A stretch of DNA of 64,000 nucleotides from Polynucleobacter meluiroseus. GTDB lineage: Bacteria > Pseudomonadota > Gammaproteobacteria > Burkholderiales > Burkholderiaceae. Both the position numbers and the translations under genes were made by a program. The stretch lies in assembly GCA_945947155.1 (NCBI GenBank), contig CAMEXM010000001.1, positions 4,465-68,464 of the forward strand, written 5' to 3'. Positions 29,922-40,222 of this stretch are shown here, piece after piece. Every line of letters begins with the position of its first letter. The stretch's first letter is position 1. The notes below the pieces were generated by a model that had not been told where the DNA came from, made no database searches, and worked only from the letters and a program-made list of their open reading frames with translations.

Positions 29922-31526
29922 TTAGCTGACTTTTGGCGGTGTTTCAAAAGTATGGTGCGGCGCTGGTGAAGGAATAGTCCACTCTAGGCCCTTAGCGCCA
30001 TCCCATGGGCTATAAGACGCCTTGATGCCATGACCACGGTAAGCGGGCATCACAACAAACACGAGGAAATACACCTGCATCAAACCAAAGCCCAGACCAC
30101 CAATCGATGCAATCATATTGAAGTCAGCAAACTGCGTTGGGTAATCGGCATACCGGCGTGGCATACCAGCCAAACCCAAGAAGTGCATTGGGAAGAAAGT
30201 GAGGTTAAAGAAAATCATCGAACCCCAGAAATGCACTTTGCCGCGGAATTCATCGGCCATGTAGCCAGTCCATTTTGGACACCAGAAGTAAAAACCGGCA
30301 AACATCGCAAAGAGGGAGCCGGCTACCAAGACATAGTGGAAGTGAGCCACAACGTAGTAGGTATCTTGCACGCCAATATCAATTGGGGCTATTGCCAGAA
30401 TTAGGCCTGTAAAGCCGCCCATTGTAAATACGAAAATAAAGCCAACGGACCATAACATGGGAGTCTCGAATGTCATCGAACCCTTCCACATGGTTGCAAT
30501 CCAGTTGAAGATTTTGACGCCGGTCGGAACTGCAATCAGCATGGTGGCGTACATAAAGAACAACTGGCCTGTTACTGGCATGCCAGTGGCAAACATGTGG
30601 TGCGCCCAAACGATGAATGACAAAATCGCAATGGAGGCTGTGGCATACACCATCGAGCTGTAACCGAATAAGGTCTTTCTAGAGAACGCAGGAATCACTT
30701 CACTAATAATTCCAAACGCAGGAAGAATCATGATGTAGACCTCTGGGTGACCAAAGAACCAGAAAATATGCTGGTACATCACAGGATCACCACCGCCTAC
30801 AGCGGAGAAGAAAGAGGTGCCAAAGTGGCGATCGGTTAGAACCATCGTGATCGCGCCCGCCAATACTGGCATTACTGCAATCAACAAATAGGCTGTAATC
30901 AACCATGTCCATGCAAACATGGGCATCTTCATTAAGGTCATGCCAGGGGCACGCATATTCAAGATGGTCACGATGATGTTAATCGAGCCCATGATGGAAG
31001 AAGCGCCGAGCAAGTGCAGGGCGAAAATCGCCATATCCATACCTGGGCCCATCTGCAATGTCAGCGGAGCATACAAAGTCCAACCACCCGCTGGCGCGCC
31101 ACCGGGGGCTAAAAATGAACCAAACAACAAGGTGGCCGCTACCGGCAAAATCCAGAAACTAAAGTTATTCATTCGCGCAAAGGCCATATCGGACGCGCCG
31201 ATCTGCAATGGAATCATCCAGTTTGCAAAACCCACGAAGGCCGGCATGATGGCGCCAAACACCATCACTAAGCCATGCATGGTCGTTAACTGATTAAAGA
31301 ACTCGGGGCGCAGGTATTGCAAGCCGGGTTGAAACAACTCCAAGCGAATACCCAGTGCCATGACACCGCCTGCTAGCAAGCTAACAAAGGAGAAGATGAG
31401 GTACATCGTTCCAATGTCTTTGTGGTTGGTCGCAAACAACCACCGACGCCATCCATGTGGCATGTCATGCGCATGGTCATGCGCGTGATCGTGTGCTGTA
31501 TCGAGGGTAGTAGAGACTGTGCTCAT
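29922..31526 (-). CDS. ctaD: Cytochrome c oxidase subunit I
   Basis: Heme-copper oxidase signatures: WFFGHPEVYI, HHMF, and the VAHFHYV His ligands. Confidence 0.98.
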   Translation of the reverse strand: MSTVSTTLDTAHDHAHDHAHDMPHGWRRWLFATNHKDIGTMYLIFSFVSLLAGGVMALGIRLELFQPGLQYLRPEFFNQLTTMHGLVMVFGAIMPAFVGFANWMIPLQIGASDMAFARMNNFSFWILPVAATLLFGSFLAPGGAPAGGWTLYAPLTLQMGPGMDMAIFALHLLGASSIMGSINIIVTILNMRAPGMTLMKMPMFAWTWLITAYLLIAVMPVLAGAITMVLTDRHFGTSFFSAVGGGDPVMYQHIFWFFGHPEVYIMILPAFGIISEVIPAFSRKTLFGYSSMVYATASIAILSFIVWAHHMFATGMPVTGQLFFMYATMLIAVPTGVKIFNWIATMWKGSMTFETPMLWSVGFIFVFTMGGFTGLILAIAPIDIGVQDTYYVVAHFHYVLVAGSLFAMFAGFYFWCPKWTGYMADEFRGKVHFWGSMIFFNLTFFPMHFLGLAGMPRRYADYPTQFADFNMIASIGGLGFGLMQVYFLVFVVMPAYRGHGIKASYSPWDGAKGLEWTIPSPAPHHTFETPPKVS

Positions 31527-31559
31527 GAGTTGCTCCGTGATAGTTTTTTAAGTAAGTTG

Positions 31560-32714
31560 TTATTTAGTCCGTGCTGCCATGAGGTCAGGCGTTTGATACA
31601 CATCGCCTGTTTTATTGCCCCACGAATTACGTGTATAGGTAATCACCGCTGCAATGTCGCCGTCTGAAATCACGCCACCCCATTTGGGCATAGCGCCTTT
31701 GCCGTTAAGCATGATTTGGAAGTTGGCCTCTTTGGGGCCAAGCACAACCTTACTTCCATCTAATGCTGGGAAGGCACCTGCGCCCTTACCGTTAGCCTGG
31801 TGGCAGGCTGCGCAGTTGGAGGCATACACTTTTGCACCACGGTCCATTTGCTCCGCTAAGGTGTAAATCTTGCTGGGATCGTCTGCCAACGCAGCCATTT
31901 CTTTTTTCTTTTCCTCTACCCATTTGGTGTAGTCCTCATCGGATACAACGCGCACTACGATTGGCATAAAGGCATGCTGGGCACCACAAAGCTCGGAACA
32001 CTGGCCGCGATAGGTACCAATCTTTTCTGCTTTAAACCAGGTATCGCGCACAAATCCAGGGATAGCGTCCTGCTTGACTCCGAATGCTTGTACTGACCAT
32101 GCATGGATTACGTCATTAGCTGTTGTGATTATGCGGATCTTTTTATTGACCGGCACCACCATTTCATTATCAACTTCCATCAAATACGTGTTTGATTTAG
32201 GCGCTAAGTTATTGATGGATTCGCGTGTGGTCGACAGGGTGGATAAAAAACTGATGCCTTCGCCTTCGCCTTTAAGGTAGTCGTATCCCCATTTCCACTG
32301 ATAGCCGGTGGTTTTAATGGTGATGTCTGCATTAGTAGTGTCTTTCATAGCCACGACCGTTTTGGTTGCTGGCAATGCCATGCCAATCACGATCAGGAGC
32401 GGGATGACCGTCCAAATAATTTCTACTGTGGTGCTTTCATGAAAGGAGGCTGACTTAGCGCCTTTCGATTTGCGGTGCTTGAGAATGGAATAGAACATCA
32501 CCCCGAATACACCTATGAAAATCACAGTACAAATAACTAACATCATCCAATGCAGCCAGTGAATTTCGGCCATGATTTTGGTTGCTGCTACAGGGAAATT
32601 AAGCTGATTTACCGCAGGTCCGCCGGGCATATCCTGATTCGCAAATACCGTTACGGCACTAATTGAGGCAATGGTTAAGAGCAGGGCTCTTCCGGCTTTT
32701 CCAAGTAAATTCAT
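31560..32714 (-). CDS. coxB: Cytochrome c oxidase subunit II with C-terminal cytochrome c domain
   Basis: CuA site HAWSV...CSELCGAQHAFM and heme c motif CAACH. The start is set at ATG 32714 (MNLLGKAGRALLL signal) rather than 32777. Confidence 0.95.
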   Translation of the reverse strand: MNLLGKAGRALLLTIASISAVTVFANQDMPGGPAVNQLNFPVAATKIMAEIHWLHWMMLVICTVIFIGVFGVMFYSILKHRKSKGAKSASFHESTTVEIIWTVIPLLIVIGMALPATKTVVAMKDTTNADITIKTTGYQWKWGYDYLKGEGEGISFLSTLSTTRESINNLAPKSNTYLMEVDNEMVVPVNKKIRIITTANDVIHAWSVQAFGVKQDAIPGFVRDTWFKAEKIGTYRGQCSELCGAQHAFMPIVVRVVSDEDYTKWVEEKKKEMAALADDPSKIYTLAEQMDRGAKVYASNCAACHQANGKGAGAFPALDGSKVVLGPKEANFQIMLNGKGAMPKWGGVISDGDIAAVITYTRNSWGNKTGDVYQTPDLMAARTK

Positions 32715-32905
32715 CTTTATCTCTGTTAATAATCGTAATTTTAAATGCATCACCACGCATAAATAAGTCAAAAGCAAGCTGGCTTTACGTTTTGATGCGT
32801 AATTATAGGGTTTCTTATCTTAATCAACAATCTACATACTCGCTTAAGGGAATCAATAATGATCTTACTTAAAAATAAAGTAAGCGCTTACTCTTAATGA
32901 AGATC

Positions 32906-33772
32906 CTACCTGCCCTTACGTTGAATTTGATCAGGCGAAATAAAGGCCAAAGTGTCCTTTGTTCCTGACAAGTGCTTACCCACTACCCAAGCGTGTCCAT
33001 ACACCACTTCAAGCGTCATTTTTTGCGGTAATTTCACGGTTTTATCAGCAGCGATTGCCTGCGCTTGATGTTCTGACAAAAGTCCAAGAGCAAGGGCATC
33101 CCGAAGATAAAGAGCGTCGGATACGTATTCCAGGTAAAGGTATTCCATGTCCATCACTGGATCGGAGAATCGGCTTTCGACCAACGCATCCCCCAAATCG
33201 TGCATGTCCCATGCTCCGGGGAGGGCTGCTAATTTAGATCCATCCACAGCGTCGCATTGCATTGCACGCAACTCAGCGCCGGTATCGGGACCAAGATAGC
33301 TGAAGGAAAACAAACCACCCTCGCGCAAGACCCGCCACGCTTCCTGAATGACCCACTTCGGTTGATGCAGCGTATGAATCCATAAATTACTAAACACCAT
33401 GTCTTGCGATTGATCTGGAAGAGCAAGCCTATCTTCCGCCATCTTTGGAAAACGCGTTATGCCCTTCGTAATGAATCCGCAGGTTCGAGCTAACTTCATT
33501 GTTGTCGTGTCTACCCAGCCCAGATCCGGCTCAAGGACAGTTGCTAGCGCAGCATTTGGGAAGCGTTTAGCTAAGTGGCTTGCATGTATCCCTGGCGCAT
33601 CCGGAATAATCAATAGCGAGCGCGGCTGATGCTTAAGTAGCTCCAGCTTTTGCATCATGCGTAAGGCGATATCGTTTTTAAGCCATCTTAATGATCGGGT
33701 CATCTGCTCAGTATACTCAGCGCCCCATGCATTTTTTACACACCCTCTTAAGCCATTTATTGCCCACCGCAT
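32906..33772 (-). CDS. Class I SAM-dependent methyltransferase (BioC-like fold)
   Basis: Methyltransferase motif-like LLIIPDAPG and motif post-I/II (MVFSNLWIH, LREGGLFSFS). Start uncertain (33772, 33703 or 33658). Confidence 0.65.
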   Translation of the reverse strand: MRWAINGLRGCVKNAWGAEYTEQMTRSLRWLKNDIALRMMQKLELLKHQPRSLLIIPDAPGIHASHLAKRFPNAALATVLEPDLGWVDTTTMKLARTCGFITKGITRFPKMAEDRLALPDQSQDMVFSNLWIHTLHQPKWVIQEAWRVLREGGLFSFSYLGPDTGAELRAMQCDAVDGSKLAALPGAWDMHDLGDALVESRFSDPVMDMEYLYLEYVSDALYLRDALALGLLSEHQAQAIAADKTVKLPQKMTLEVVYGHAWVVGKHLSGTKDTLAFISPDQIQRKGR

Positions 33773-34482
33773 GCATCGTGTGTACCCGCCATCAAAAGGC
33801 GATGGTCTGCCATTCTTGCTTCACGTTTTTAGAAAACCAATCGCTCTTTCATTACCCTTGCTGCATCCGCTGCGGGGTTGATCTTGATGGCTATAGAGAC
33901 GAACAAAATCAATGCAGCGCCTGCCTGTTGCAATCTCCGGCGTTTGATCGAACGCATTGCCTTGATCGATACAATGGCGTCTTACAGCATGCAATGCATC
34001 AGCTCAAATACCAGCGGCGCCTTGCCATTGCCAGCGCCTTTGCCTTCGCCTGGAATCGCCTGGCAATTCCGCATCTAGATACGCCTGAGGCAACGGTTTT
34101 ATTGCCTGTCCCGCTCAGTACCCAAAAACTCAGTCAACGTGGCTTCAACCAATCTTGGGAAATAGCGAAGCGCATTCAATTACCGCTCTCCATTGAGCCG
34201 ATTGCCAATGCCTTGGGACGACACCACTCAGATACAAATCAAGTGCAGCACAATCGCCTCGATCGGCAATCCGCATTACGTCATGCTTTTTACATTCACC
34301 CAGAGGCGTTACCGAAAATACAGAATAAATCGATCGTAGTATTTGACGATGTCATGACTACCGGCTCAACTTTGCATGAAATTGCTACTCTGCTGAAGGA
34401 TAATGGTGCACGTTCCGTTGTGAATTGGGTTGTATTGCGTGCCTTAAGGCCCCAAACACGGATACATTCAAGGGATCTATAG
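33727..34482 (+). CDS. comF: ComF-family phosphoribosyltransferase-domain protein
   Basis: N-terminal Cys pairs (CIVC...CHSC, CIRCG...CSAC) and PRTase motif [13 protein letters not shown]. The start is placed at MHFLHTLL (33727); the ORF track gives 33691. Confidence 0.88.
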   Translation: MHFLHTLLSHLLPTACIVCTRHQKAMVCHSCFTFLENQSLFHYPCCIRCGVDLDGYRDEQNQCSACLLQSPAFDRTHCLDRYNGVLQHAMHQLKYQRRLAIASAFAFAWNRLAIPHLDTPEATVLLPVPLSTQKLSQRGFNQSWEIAKRIQLPLSIEPIANALGRHHSDTNQVQHNRLDRQSALRHAFYIHPEALPKIQNKSIVVFDDVMTTGSTLHEIATLLKDNGARSVVNWVVLRALRPQTRIHSRDL

Positions 34483-34484
34483 CG

Positions 34485-34955
34485 ATGTTTAATGTTGTTT
34501 TATTCGAGCCTGAAATTCCGCCCAACACGGGTAATATCATTCGCTTGTGCGCCAACACCGGGGCAACACTCCACCTGATCGAGCCCTTAGGCTTTCCACT
34601 GGAAGATACCAAGTTACGTAGGGCTGGTCTGGATTACCATGAATTCGCTCACCTACTGGTCTATAAAAGCTGGTCTGACTTTATAGACAAGACCAAGCCG
34701 GATGCGGCGCACTTGTTTGCGCTCACCACCAAAGGAAAAGGCAGCTTTGCGAAAGCGCGCTTTAGTGAAAACGACTATTTTGTTTTTGGCTCGGAAACCA
34801 GAGGAATTAGCGATGAAGTACGCAACGCCATCCCTGAGCAAAACCGGATTCGACTACCCATGCGGGAGAACAGCCGCAGCCTGAATTTATCGAACAGCGT
34901 AGCAATCTTGGTATATGAGGCTTGGCGACAAAACGGCTTTGCAGGCGGCGCCTAA
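34485..34955 (+). CDS. trmL: tRNA (cytidine/uridine34-2'-O)-methyltransferase (SpoU/TrmL)
   Basis: [26 protein letters not shown], and [15 protein letters not shown] from the SPOUT knot. Confidence 0.94.
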   Translation: MFNVVLFEPEIPPNTGNIIRLCANTGATLHLIEPLGFPLEDTKLRRAGLDYHEFAHLLVYKSWSDFIDKTKPDAAHLFALTTKGKGSFAKARFSENDYFVFGSETRGISDEVRNAIPEQNRIRLPMRENSRSLNLSNSVAILVYEAWRQNGFAGGA

Positions 34956-34966
34956 AAAAACGCCAT

Positions 34967-35989
34967 TTAATGTTCTGGTTTTGGCTCACGGCCCATTAAC
35001 TTTTGCACTGCCTCGTGCGCGGTAATTTGGCCGGAGAGAACATCGCACATATTGCTGGTAATTGGCATATCCACATTGAGGCGCTTTGCTAAATCAGCCA
35101 CTGCGGCTGCGCACAAAACGCCCTCCGCAACATGACCTAAGTTATTCAGTACCGTTTGCAGCGACTGCCCTGCAGCCAGCAATAAACCAACGCGACGATT
35201 GCGGGATAAATCACCCGTTGCGGTCAAAATCAGGTCGCCTACCCCCGTCAATCCCATGCAGGTCTCTGGCTTTCCGCCAGCAGCCTTGACCAGCCGCATC
35301 ATTTCTGCGAGGCCGCGGGTTAACACTGCAGCCCGCGCATTTAGACCCAAGCCTAGGCCATCGCCGATGCCAGCGGCAATCGCCATAATATTTTTTACAG
35401 CGCCGCCAAGCTCTACACCAATCAAATCATCGCTTGCATAAATCCGCATATTGCCATGATGAAAGGCGTCTTGAACAACTTGACACAATGCTGCTGATTG
35501 GCTGGCTACGGTTAAAGCGCATGGCAGGCCACGCGCCACCTCATTAGCAAAGCTGGGTCCTGAGACAACACCTACTGCATGGGCAATACCGCGACTATGT
35601 TTGGCTAGCTCTCGCTCAACGACTTGATGCGGCAGGAGTGCTGTAATCGGCTCTAAGCCTTTACACAACCAAATGATATTGAGGGGGCACGTTGCTTGCT
35701 GCAAAACGCAGACAATCGTTTCAGACAAGCCGGACATCGGCGTTGCAATAACAAGCAAATCACTTGGGCGTAAGAGTCCCAATGTGTGTTTTAAATCAGA
35801 CTCCACTTGCAAGGCAGTTGGTAAGGCAATGTCCGGAAGGTAGCGCTGATTCTGATGCCCCGCCTGTATTGCTTTTGCTTGCTCAGGACTGCGAGCCCAA
35901 AGCCTGACTGAGCCTGGCGGCAAATGCTGCGCTGCTTGTGCAGCCATTGCCGTGCCCCACGCGCCTGCCCCCAGTAGTGTCACATTCAT
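34967..35989 (-). CDS. gpsA: NAD(P)H-dependent glycerol-3-phosphate dehydrogenase
   Basis: VTLLGAGAWGTAMA Rossmann motif, GAVKNIMAIAAG, SRNRRVG. Confidence 0.96.
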   Translation of the reverse strand: MNVTLLGAGAWGTAMAAQAAQHLPPGSVRLWARSPEQAKAIQAGHQNQRYLPDIALPTALQVESDLKHTLGLLRPSDLLVIATPMSGLSETIVCVLQQATCPLNIIWLCKGLEPITALLPHQVVERELAKHSRGIAHAVGVVSGPSFANEVARGLPCALTVASQSAALCQVVQDAFHHGNMRIYASDDLIGVELGGAVKNIMAIAAGIGDGLGLGLNARAAVLTRGLAEMMRLVKAAGGKPETCMGLTGVGDLILTATGDLSRNRRVGLLLAAGQSLQTVLNNLGHVAEGVLCAAAVADLAKRLNVDMPITSNMCDVLSGQITAHEAVQKLMGREPKPEH

Positions 35990-36010
35990 AGTGAGTGACT
36001 AGCCCTGCGT

Positions 36011-36535
36011 TTAGTTGGGCAAAATAATTTTGCTTTCCTGGGTCGATTCATTGCCATCACCTTCGGCAGACCCTTGAGCCTGCAATAAGCGCTGCTGATA
36101 TAGGCTGTGGAAATTAATTTCACTTAGGTGGATCGGTTGAAAGCCCGCACGGCTCACGATGTCGGCCACATTAGAACGCAAATACGGGAACAAAATAGTT
36201 GGGCAAGTTACACCGAGCATAGGATCCATCTGCTCCGGTGGAATCAATATGAAGTGAAAAATACCAGCTTGCTTTGCTTCAACTAAAAACAGAACCTTGC
36301 CATCGACGCGTGCGGTCAAGGTTGAAATCAAAGCAACCTCAAAAATACCCTCAGCCAATGGATCAACGCTCACATCAATCTCTACCTGAATCTGCGGCTC
36401 TTCTTGCACTAACAAAATAGCAGGCGCATTGGGTTGCTCTAGCGATAAATCCTTTAAGTAAATCCGTTGAATATTAAAGCTCGGCTCCATTGCCTCGCTG
36501 GCGCCGTCTTTTGGGGATGCTGTTTGCTCGCTCAT
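36011..36535 (-). CDS. secB: Protein-export chaperone SecB
   Basis: [19 protein letters not shown] and PTILFPYLR motifs. Synteny with grxC and gpsA. Confidence 0.95.
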   Translation of the reverse strand: MSEQTASPKDGASEAMEPSFNIQRIYLKDLSLEQPNAPAILLVQEEPQIQVEIDVSVDPLAEGIFEVALISTLTARVDGKVLFLVEAKQAGIFHFILIPPEQMDPMLGVTCPTILFPYLRSNVADIVSRAGFQPIHLSEINFHSLYQQRLLQAQGSAEGDGNESTQESKIILPN

Positions 36536-36556
36536 ACAGGACTTTCTCGTTAAAAA

Positions 36557-36820
36557 TTAGATCGGGTCAACTAATAAGGCGTCCAACTTACCCGCACGAT
36601 CAAGCGCAGCCAAGTCGTCGTAACCACCGACATGGTGATCGCCAATGTAAATTTGTGGGACGGTGCGACGTCCGGTTCGAGCCATCATGGTCTCGCGCTG
36701 CGCGGGATCGGCATCAATCAGAATTTTTTCCAATTGCGTTACCCCTTTTTTCTGCAGCAGCTTTTCAGCCATCACGCAGTAAGGGCAAACACGGGTGCTG
36801 TACATGAGAACGGATGGCAT
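36557..36820 (-). CDS. grxC: Glutaredoxin 3
   Basis: 87 aa with the CPYC active site and TVPQIYIGDHHVGGYDDL. Confidence 0.95.
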   Translation of the reverse strand: MPSVLMYSTRVCPYCVMAEKLLQKKGVTQLEKILIDADPAQRETMMARTGRRTVPQIYIGDHHVGGYDDLAALDRAGKLDALLVDPI

Positions 36821-36823
36821 GGC

Positions 36824-37240
36824 TTAGCTTTTGGCCAATGGCAGACCGGCTGCCGTCCACGCTTGCACGCCGCCATCTAAGTTTTTAACCTCTGTAAATC
36901 CAGCAGACTGAAGCGCTTTAATCGGACCGCTGGACGCAACATTGCTTTTGCAAACCACAATCACAGGTAACTTACGGTCCAGTTTGAGTTTATCAATGCC
37001 AGAAGCGATTTGATCCTCCGCAATGCGCTTTGCATTGGGTAAGTGGCCAGCCTGAAAGTCAGCTTCAAGGCGCACATCTAAAATCTGTGCTTTTTTACGA
37101 TTGATCCAAGAGGTAGCCTCGGTTGGGGACAGTCCACCCCCCATGATTAGCGTAGATAATGTAGGCAGAAACAGCGCTACGCCCGTAACTAATACGAGCG
37201 CAATAAGCGCCATATTTTCGATTTGCATTAAAAAGTTCAT
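36824..37240 (-). CDS. Membrane-anchored rhodanese-domain sulfurtransferase
   Basis: TM helix plus a rhodanese domain with active-site loop VVCKSNVAS. The start is trimmed to ATG 37240 to avoid overlap with divergent gpmA; 37228 and 37213 are also possible. Confidence 0.8.
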   Translation of the reverse strand: MNFLMQIENMALIALVLVTGVALFLPTLSTLIMGGGLSPTEATSWINRKKAQILDVRLEADFQAGHLPNAKRIAEDQIASGIDKLKLDRKLPVIVVCKSNVASSGPIKALQSAGFTEVKNLDGGVQAWTAAGLPLAKS

Positions 37241-37262
37241 TTTTAGATTATAGAATGGCTCT

Positions 37263-37952
37263 ATGAAACAACTTGTCCTAATACGCCATGGCGAATCTGC
37301 CTGGAACCTTGAAAACCGCTTCACCGGTTGGGCTGATGTCGATTTAACCCAAAAAGGCATTGATCAGGCTATCGCAGCTGGCAAAAGCCTTCAAAAAGCG
37401 GGGTATGAGTTTGATATTGCCTATACCTCCGTTTTGCGCCGCGCCATCCGCACGCTTTGGTACATTCAAGATGAAATGAACCTGATGTGGATTCCAGTGG
37501 TGCACAGTTGGCGCTTAAATGAGCGGCATTACGGCGCCCTGACCGGCCTAAATAAGGCCGAAACCGCAGCCAAATATGGCGAAGAACAGGTGCATATTTG
37601 GCGCCGCTCCTTTGATGTTTGCCCACCTTTGTTGGAGCTGGGCGATGAGCGCAACAGCCACGGTGATCGCCGCTACACCAAGCTAGAGCAGGGGGACATC
37701 CCCTTGGGTGAGTGCCTGAAAGATACGATTGAGCGGGTGATGCCGCTGTGGAACGAGTCGATTGCGCCTGCCCTCAAGCTAGGTAAACGGGTTGTTTTGG
37801 TTGCGCACGGCAATAGCATCCGTTCGCTGATTAAATTCCTGGATGGAACCTCTGAAACCGACATCATGGAGGTCAATGTGCCCAATGGCAAACCCCTCGT
37901 CTATGAATTAGACGATGATTTGAAGCCGAAACAGCATTTTTACCTAGACTAG
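37263..37952 (+). CDS. gpmA: 2,3-bisphosphoglycerate-dependent phosphoglycerate mutase (short, 229 aa)
   Basis: [10 protein letters not shown] catalytic His motif, RLNERHYG, and AHGNS for the second His. Confidence 0.94.
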   Translation: MKQLVLIRHGESAWNLENRFTGWADVDLTQKGIDQAIAAGKSLQKAGYEFDIAYTSVLRRAIRTLWYIQDEMNLMWIPVVHSWRLNERHYGALTGLNKAETAAKYGEEQVHIWRRSFDVCPPLLELGDERNSHGDRRYTKLEQGDIPLGECLKDTIERVMPLWNESIAPALKLGKRVVLVAHGNSIRSLIKFLDGTSETDIMEVNVPNGKPLVYELDDDLKPKQHFYLD

Positions 37953-38004
37953 AGCAAAATAGGCGACATACTCAATCCAGTAATAAAAACACTCTATCGC
38001 CCAT

Positions 38005-39441
38005 ATGCGCCATTTATTTAAAAGCCTTGCTCTTGTTTCCGTTGGTCTAATCGCCGGCGTTGCCGCAACGATCCAATTTTCTGCCACAGCGCAACAAGGC
38101 ACCACAACGCTACCGCTGGAAGAGCTGCGCACACTATCCAATGTGTTTTCTCAAATTAAGCGGGAATACGTTGAGCCAATCGAAGATAAACAACTACTGA
38201 CTGATGCTGTAAAAGGCATGGTGAGTAGTTTAGATCCGCATTCTTCGTATTTAGACAAAAAAGACTTTTCAGAAATGCAAGAGCAGACTGCAGGTAAGTT
38301 TGCTGGGCTTGGTATTGAAATTACATCTGAAGATGGTTTGGTAAAAGTACTCAATCCAATTGAAGACAGTCCTGCAGCGCGTGCCGGCCTTCAAGCGGGC
38401 GACTTAATTACGCGACTGGATGATAAGCCCGTTCGTGGCATGTCACTCGACAAAGCAGTGCGCACCATGCGCGGCAAACCGGGAACAAAAATTACACTGA
38501 CCATTTTTAGAAAAAGTGAAGAGCGTAGTTTTCCAGTCACGATTACCCGCGCTGAAATTAAAGTGCAGTCGATTAAAACCAAAATCGTTGATCAAAACAT
38601 TGCATGGGTACGGATTACCAGCTTTCAAGAACGTACCGTTCCTGATTTAGCAAAGAAGCTCAGTGAAATTGCCGAGAAGAATCCCAATTTAAAAGGGGTT
38701 ATCTTGGATTTGCGGAACAACGGCGGCGGCCTGCTACAAGGGGCTGTTGGCGTTGCAGCAGCCTTCCTGCCAGCCAATTCCGTGATTGTTTCAACCAAAG
38801 GACAGGCGCCTGATTCCACCCAGATTTTCAATGCAACGCCTTCGATGTATCGCCTCAGTGAAGCAGGCGATCCCTTGGCATCTGTTCCTCCATTATTTAA
38901 GAAGGTCCCGATGGTCGTTCTCGTGAATGCCTTCTCCGCTTCTGCATCAGAGATCGTTGCTGGAGCGCTTCAGGATTATAAGCGGGCTACCATTATTGGT
39001 AAGACCACCTTTGGTAAAGGCTCCGTACAAACCGTTCGCCCACTCTCGAATGACTCTGCCCTAAAGATCACAACTGCCTACTACTACACACCAAAAGGAC
39101 GGTCGATTCAAGCCTTCGGTATTAAGCCCGATATCGCGGTAGATCAAAACAAAGAGGGCGACCCCGATGACGTTTTAATCACGCGTGAAATTGATAGTGA
39201 AAAACACTTACGCAATAAACAATCCTCAGAAGAAAAATTAATATTGGATCGCCAAAAACGCCGGATCGAAGAATTACAGCGCATTGAAGAAAAGAATGCC
39301 AATAAAACTGCGGAAGAGCGTGAAAAAGACAAGTCCAAAAAACCCGTTGAGTTGGGTGGCCCAGATGACTTCATGCTGCAACAAGCCGTTGCCTTTATCG
39401 ACGGCAAAGAAATTCAGCGTTCGGCGTCCAAGCTCGAATAG
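38005..39441 (+). CDS. ctpA: Carboxy-terminal processing protease (S41 family, PDZ domain)
   Basis: Signal peptide, PDZ (GLGIEI...AGLQAGDLI), DLRNNGGG, and catalytic SASASEI...GKTTFGKG. Confidence 0.94.
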   Translation: MRHLFKSLALVSVGLIAGVAATIQFSATAQQGTTTLPLEELRTLSNVFSQIKREYVEPIEDKQLLTDAVKGMVSSLDPHSSYLDKKDFSEMQEQTAGKFAGLGIEITSEDGLVKVLNPIEDSPAARAGLQAGDLITRLDDKPVRGMSLDKAVRTMRGKPGTKITLTIFRKSEERSFPVTITRAEIKVQSIKTKIVDQNIAWVRITSFQERTVPDLAKKLSEIAEKNPNLKGVILDLRNNGGGLLQGAVGVAAAFLPANSVIVSTKGQAPDSTQIFNATPSMYRLSEAGDPLASVPPLFKKVPMVVLVNAFSASASEIVAGALQDYKRATIIGKTTFGKGSVQTVRPLSNDSALKITTAYYYTPKGRSIQAFGIKPDIAVDQNKEGDPDDVLITREIDSEKHLRNKQSSEEKLILDRQKRRIEELQRIEEKNANKTAEEREKDKSKKPVELGGPDDFMLQQAVAFIDGKEIQRSASKLE

Positions 39442-39450
39442 GTTAAGGCC

Positions 39451-40209
39451 ATGAATGACGAGCAGTTATTGCGCTACTCCAGGCACTTACTGCTGGATGA
39501 AATTGACCTTGCGGGGCAAGAAAAACTGCTCAAATCACACGTTTTGGTGATTGGGGCCGGCGGATTGGGTTCCGCTGCAGCGCCTTATTTGGCAGCAGCC
39601 GGTATTGGCACCATCACCCTCATGGATTTTGATGCAGTTGAATTAACCAACTTGCAGCGCCAAATCATGCATACCCAAAATAGCGTGGGCAGTAGCAAGG
39701 TAGATTCAGGCAAACGTTTTCTTGAGGCACTTAACCCAAGCATCCATGTTATTTCACTGCAAGAGCGTGCTACTGCTAGTACCTTGGCCTCCATTTTGCC
39801 CTCTATCGACGTGGTTTTGGATTGCACTGACAACTTTGCTACCCGTCAATTGATTAATGCGGCCTGCGCCGAGTATCGCGTCACCTTGGTATCTGGTTCG
39901 GCATTGCGCCTCGACGGTCAACTGAGCGTATTTGATGTGAAGCGTGCTGACTCGCCTTGCTATGCCTGTATTTTTTCGCCCAACGAAGCCCCAGAAGAAA
40001 TCAATTGCGCCACCATGGGCGTCTTTTCCCCTTTGGTTGGCATTATCGGGACAATGCAGGCAGCACAAGCACTGCAAGTACTGATTGGTTTTGGCAGTCC
40101 TCTAATTGGACGCTTGTTGTTATGGAATGCGCGCAATACCCAAATTGAAACGATCCAAATCAGCCGTAACCCAAACTGCCCAGTCTGCGGCCAGCATCAT
40201 TCTGCATAG
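39451..40209 (+). CDS. moeB: Molybdopterin-synthase adenylyltransferase (ThiF/MoeB family)
   Basis: RYSRHLLL, GAGGLGS, and Zn Cys pairs CYACIF...CPVCG. Confidence 0.9.
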   Translation: MNDEQLLRYSRHLLLDEIDLAGQEKLLKSHVLVIGAGGLGSAAAPYLAAAGIGTITLMDFDAVELTNLQRQIMHTQNSVGSSKVDSGKRFLEALNPSIHVISLQERATASTLASILPSIDVVLDCTDNFATRQLINAACAEYRVTLVSGSALRLDGQLSVFDVKRADSPCYACIFSPNEAPEEINCATMGVFSPLVGIIGTMQAAQALQVLIGFGSPLIGRLLLWNARNTQIETIQISRNPNCPVCGQHHSA

Positions 40210-40222
40210 ATCAATTAGGTAA

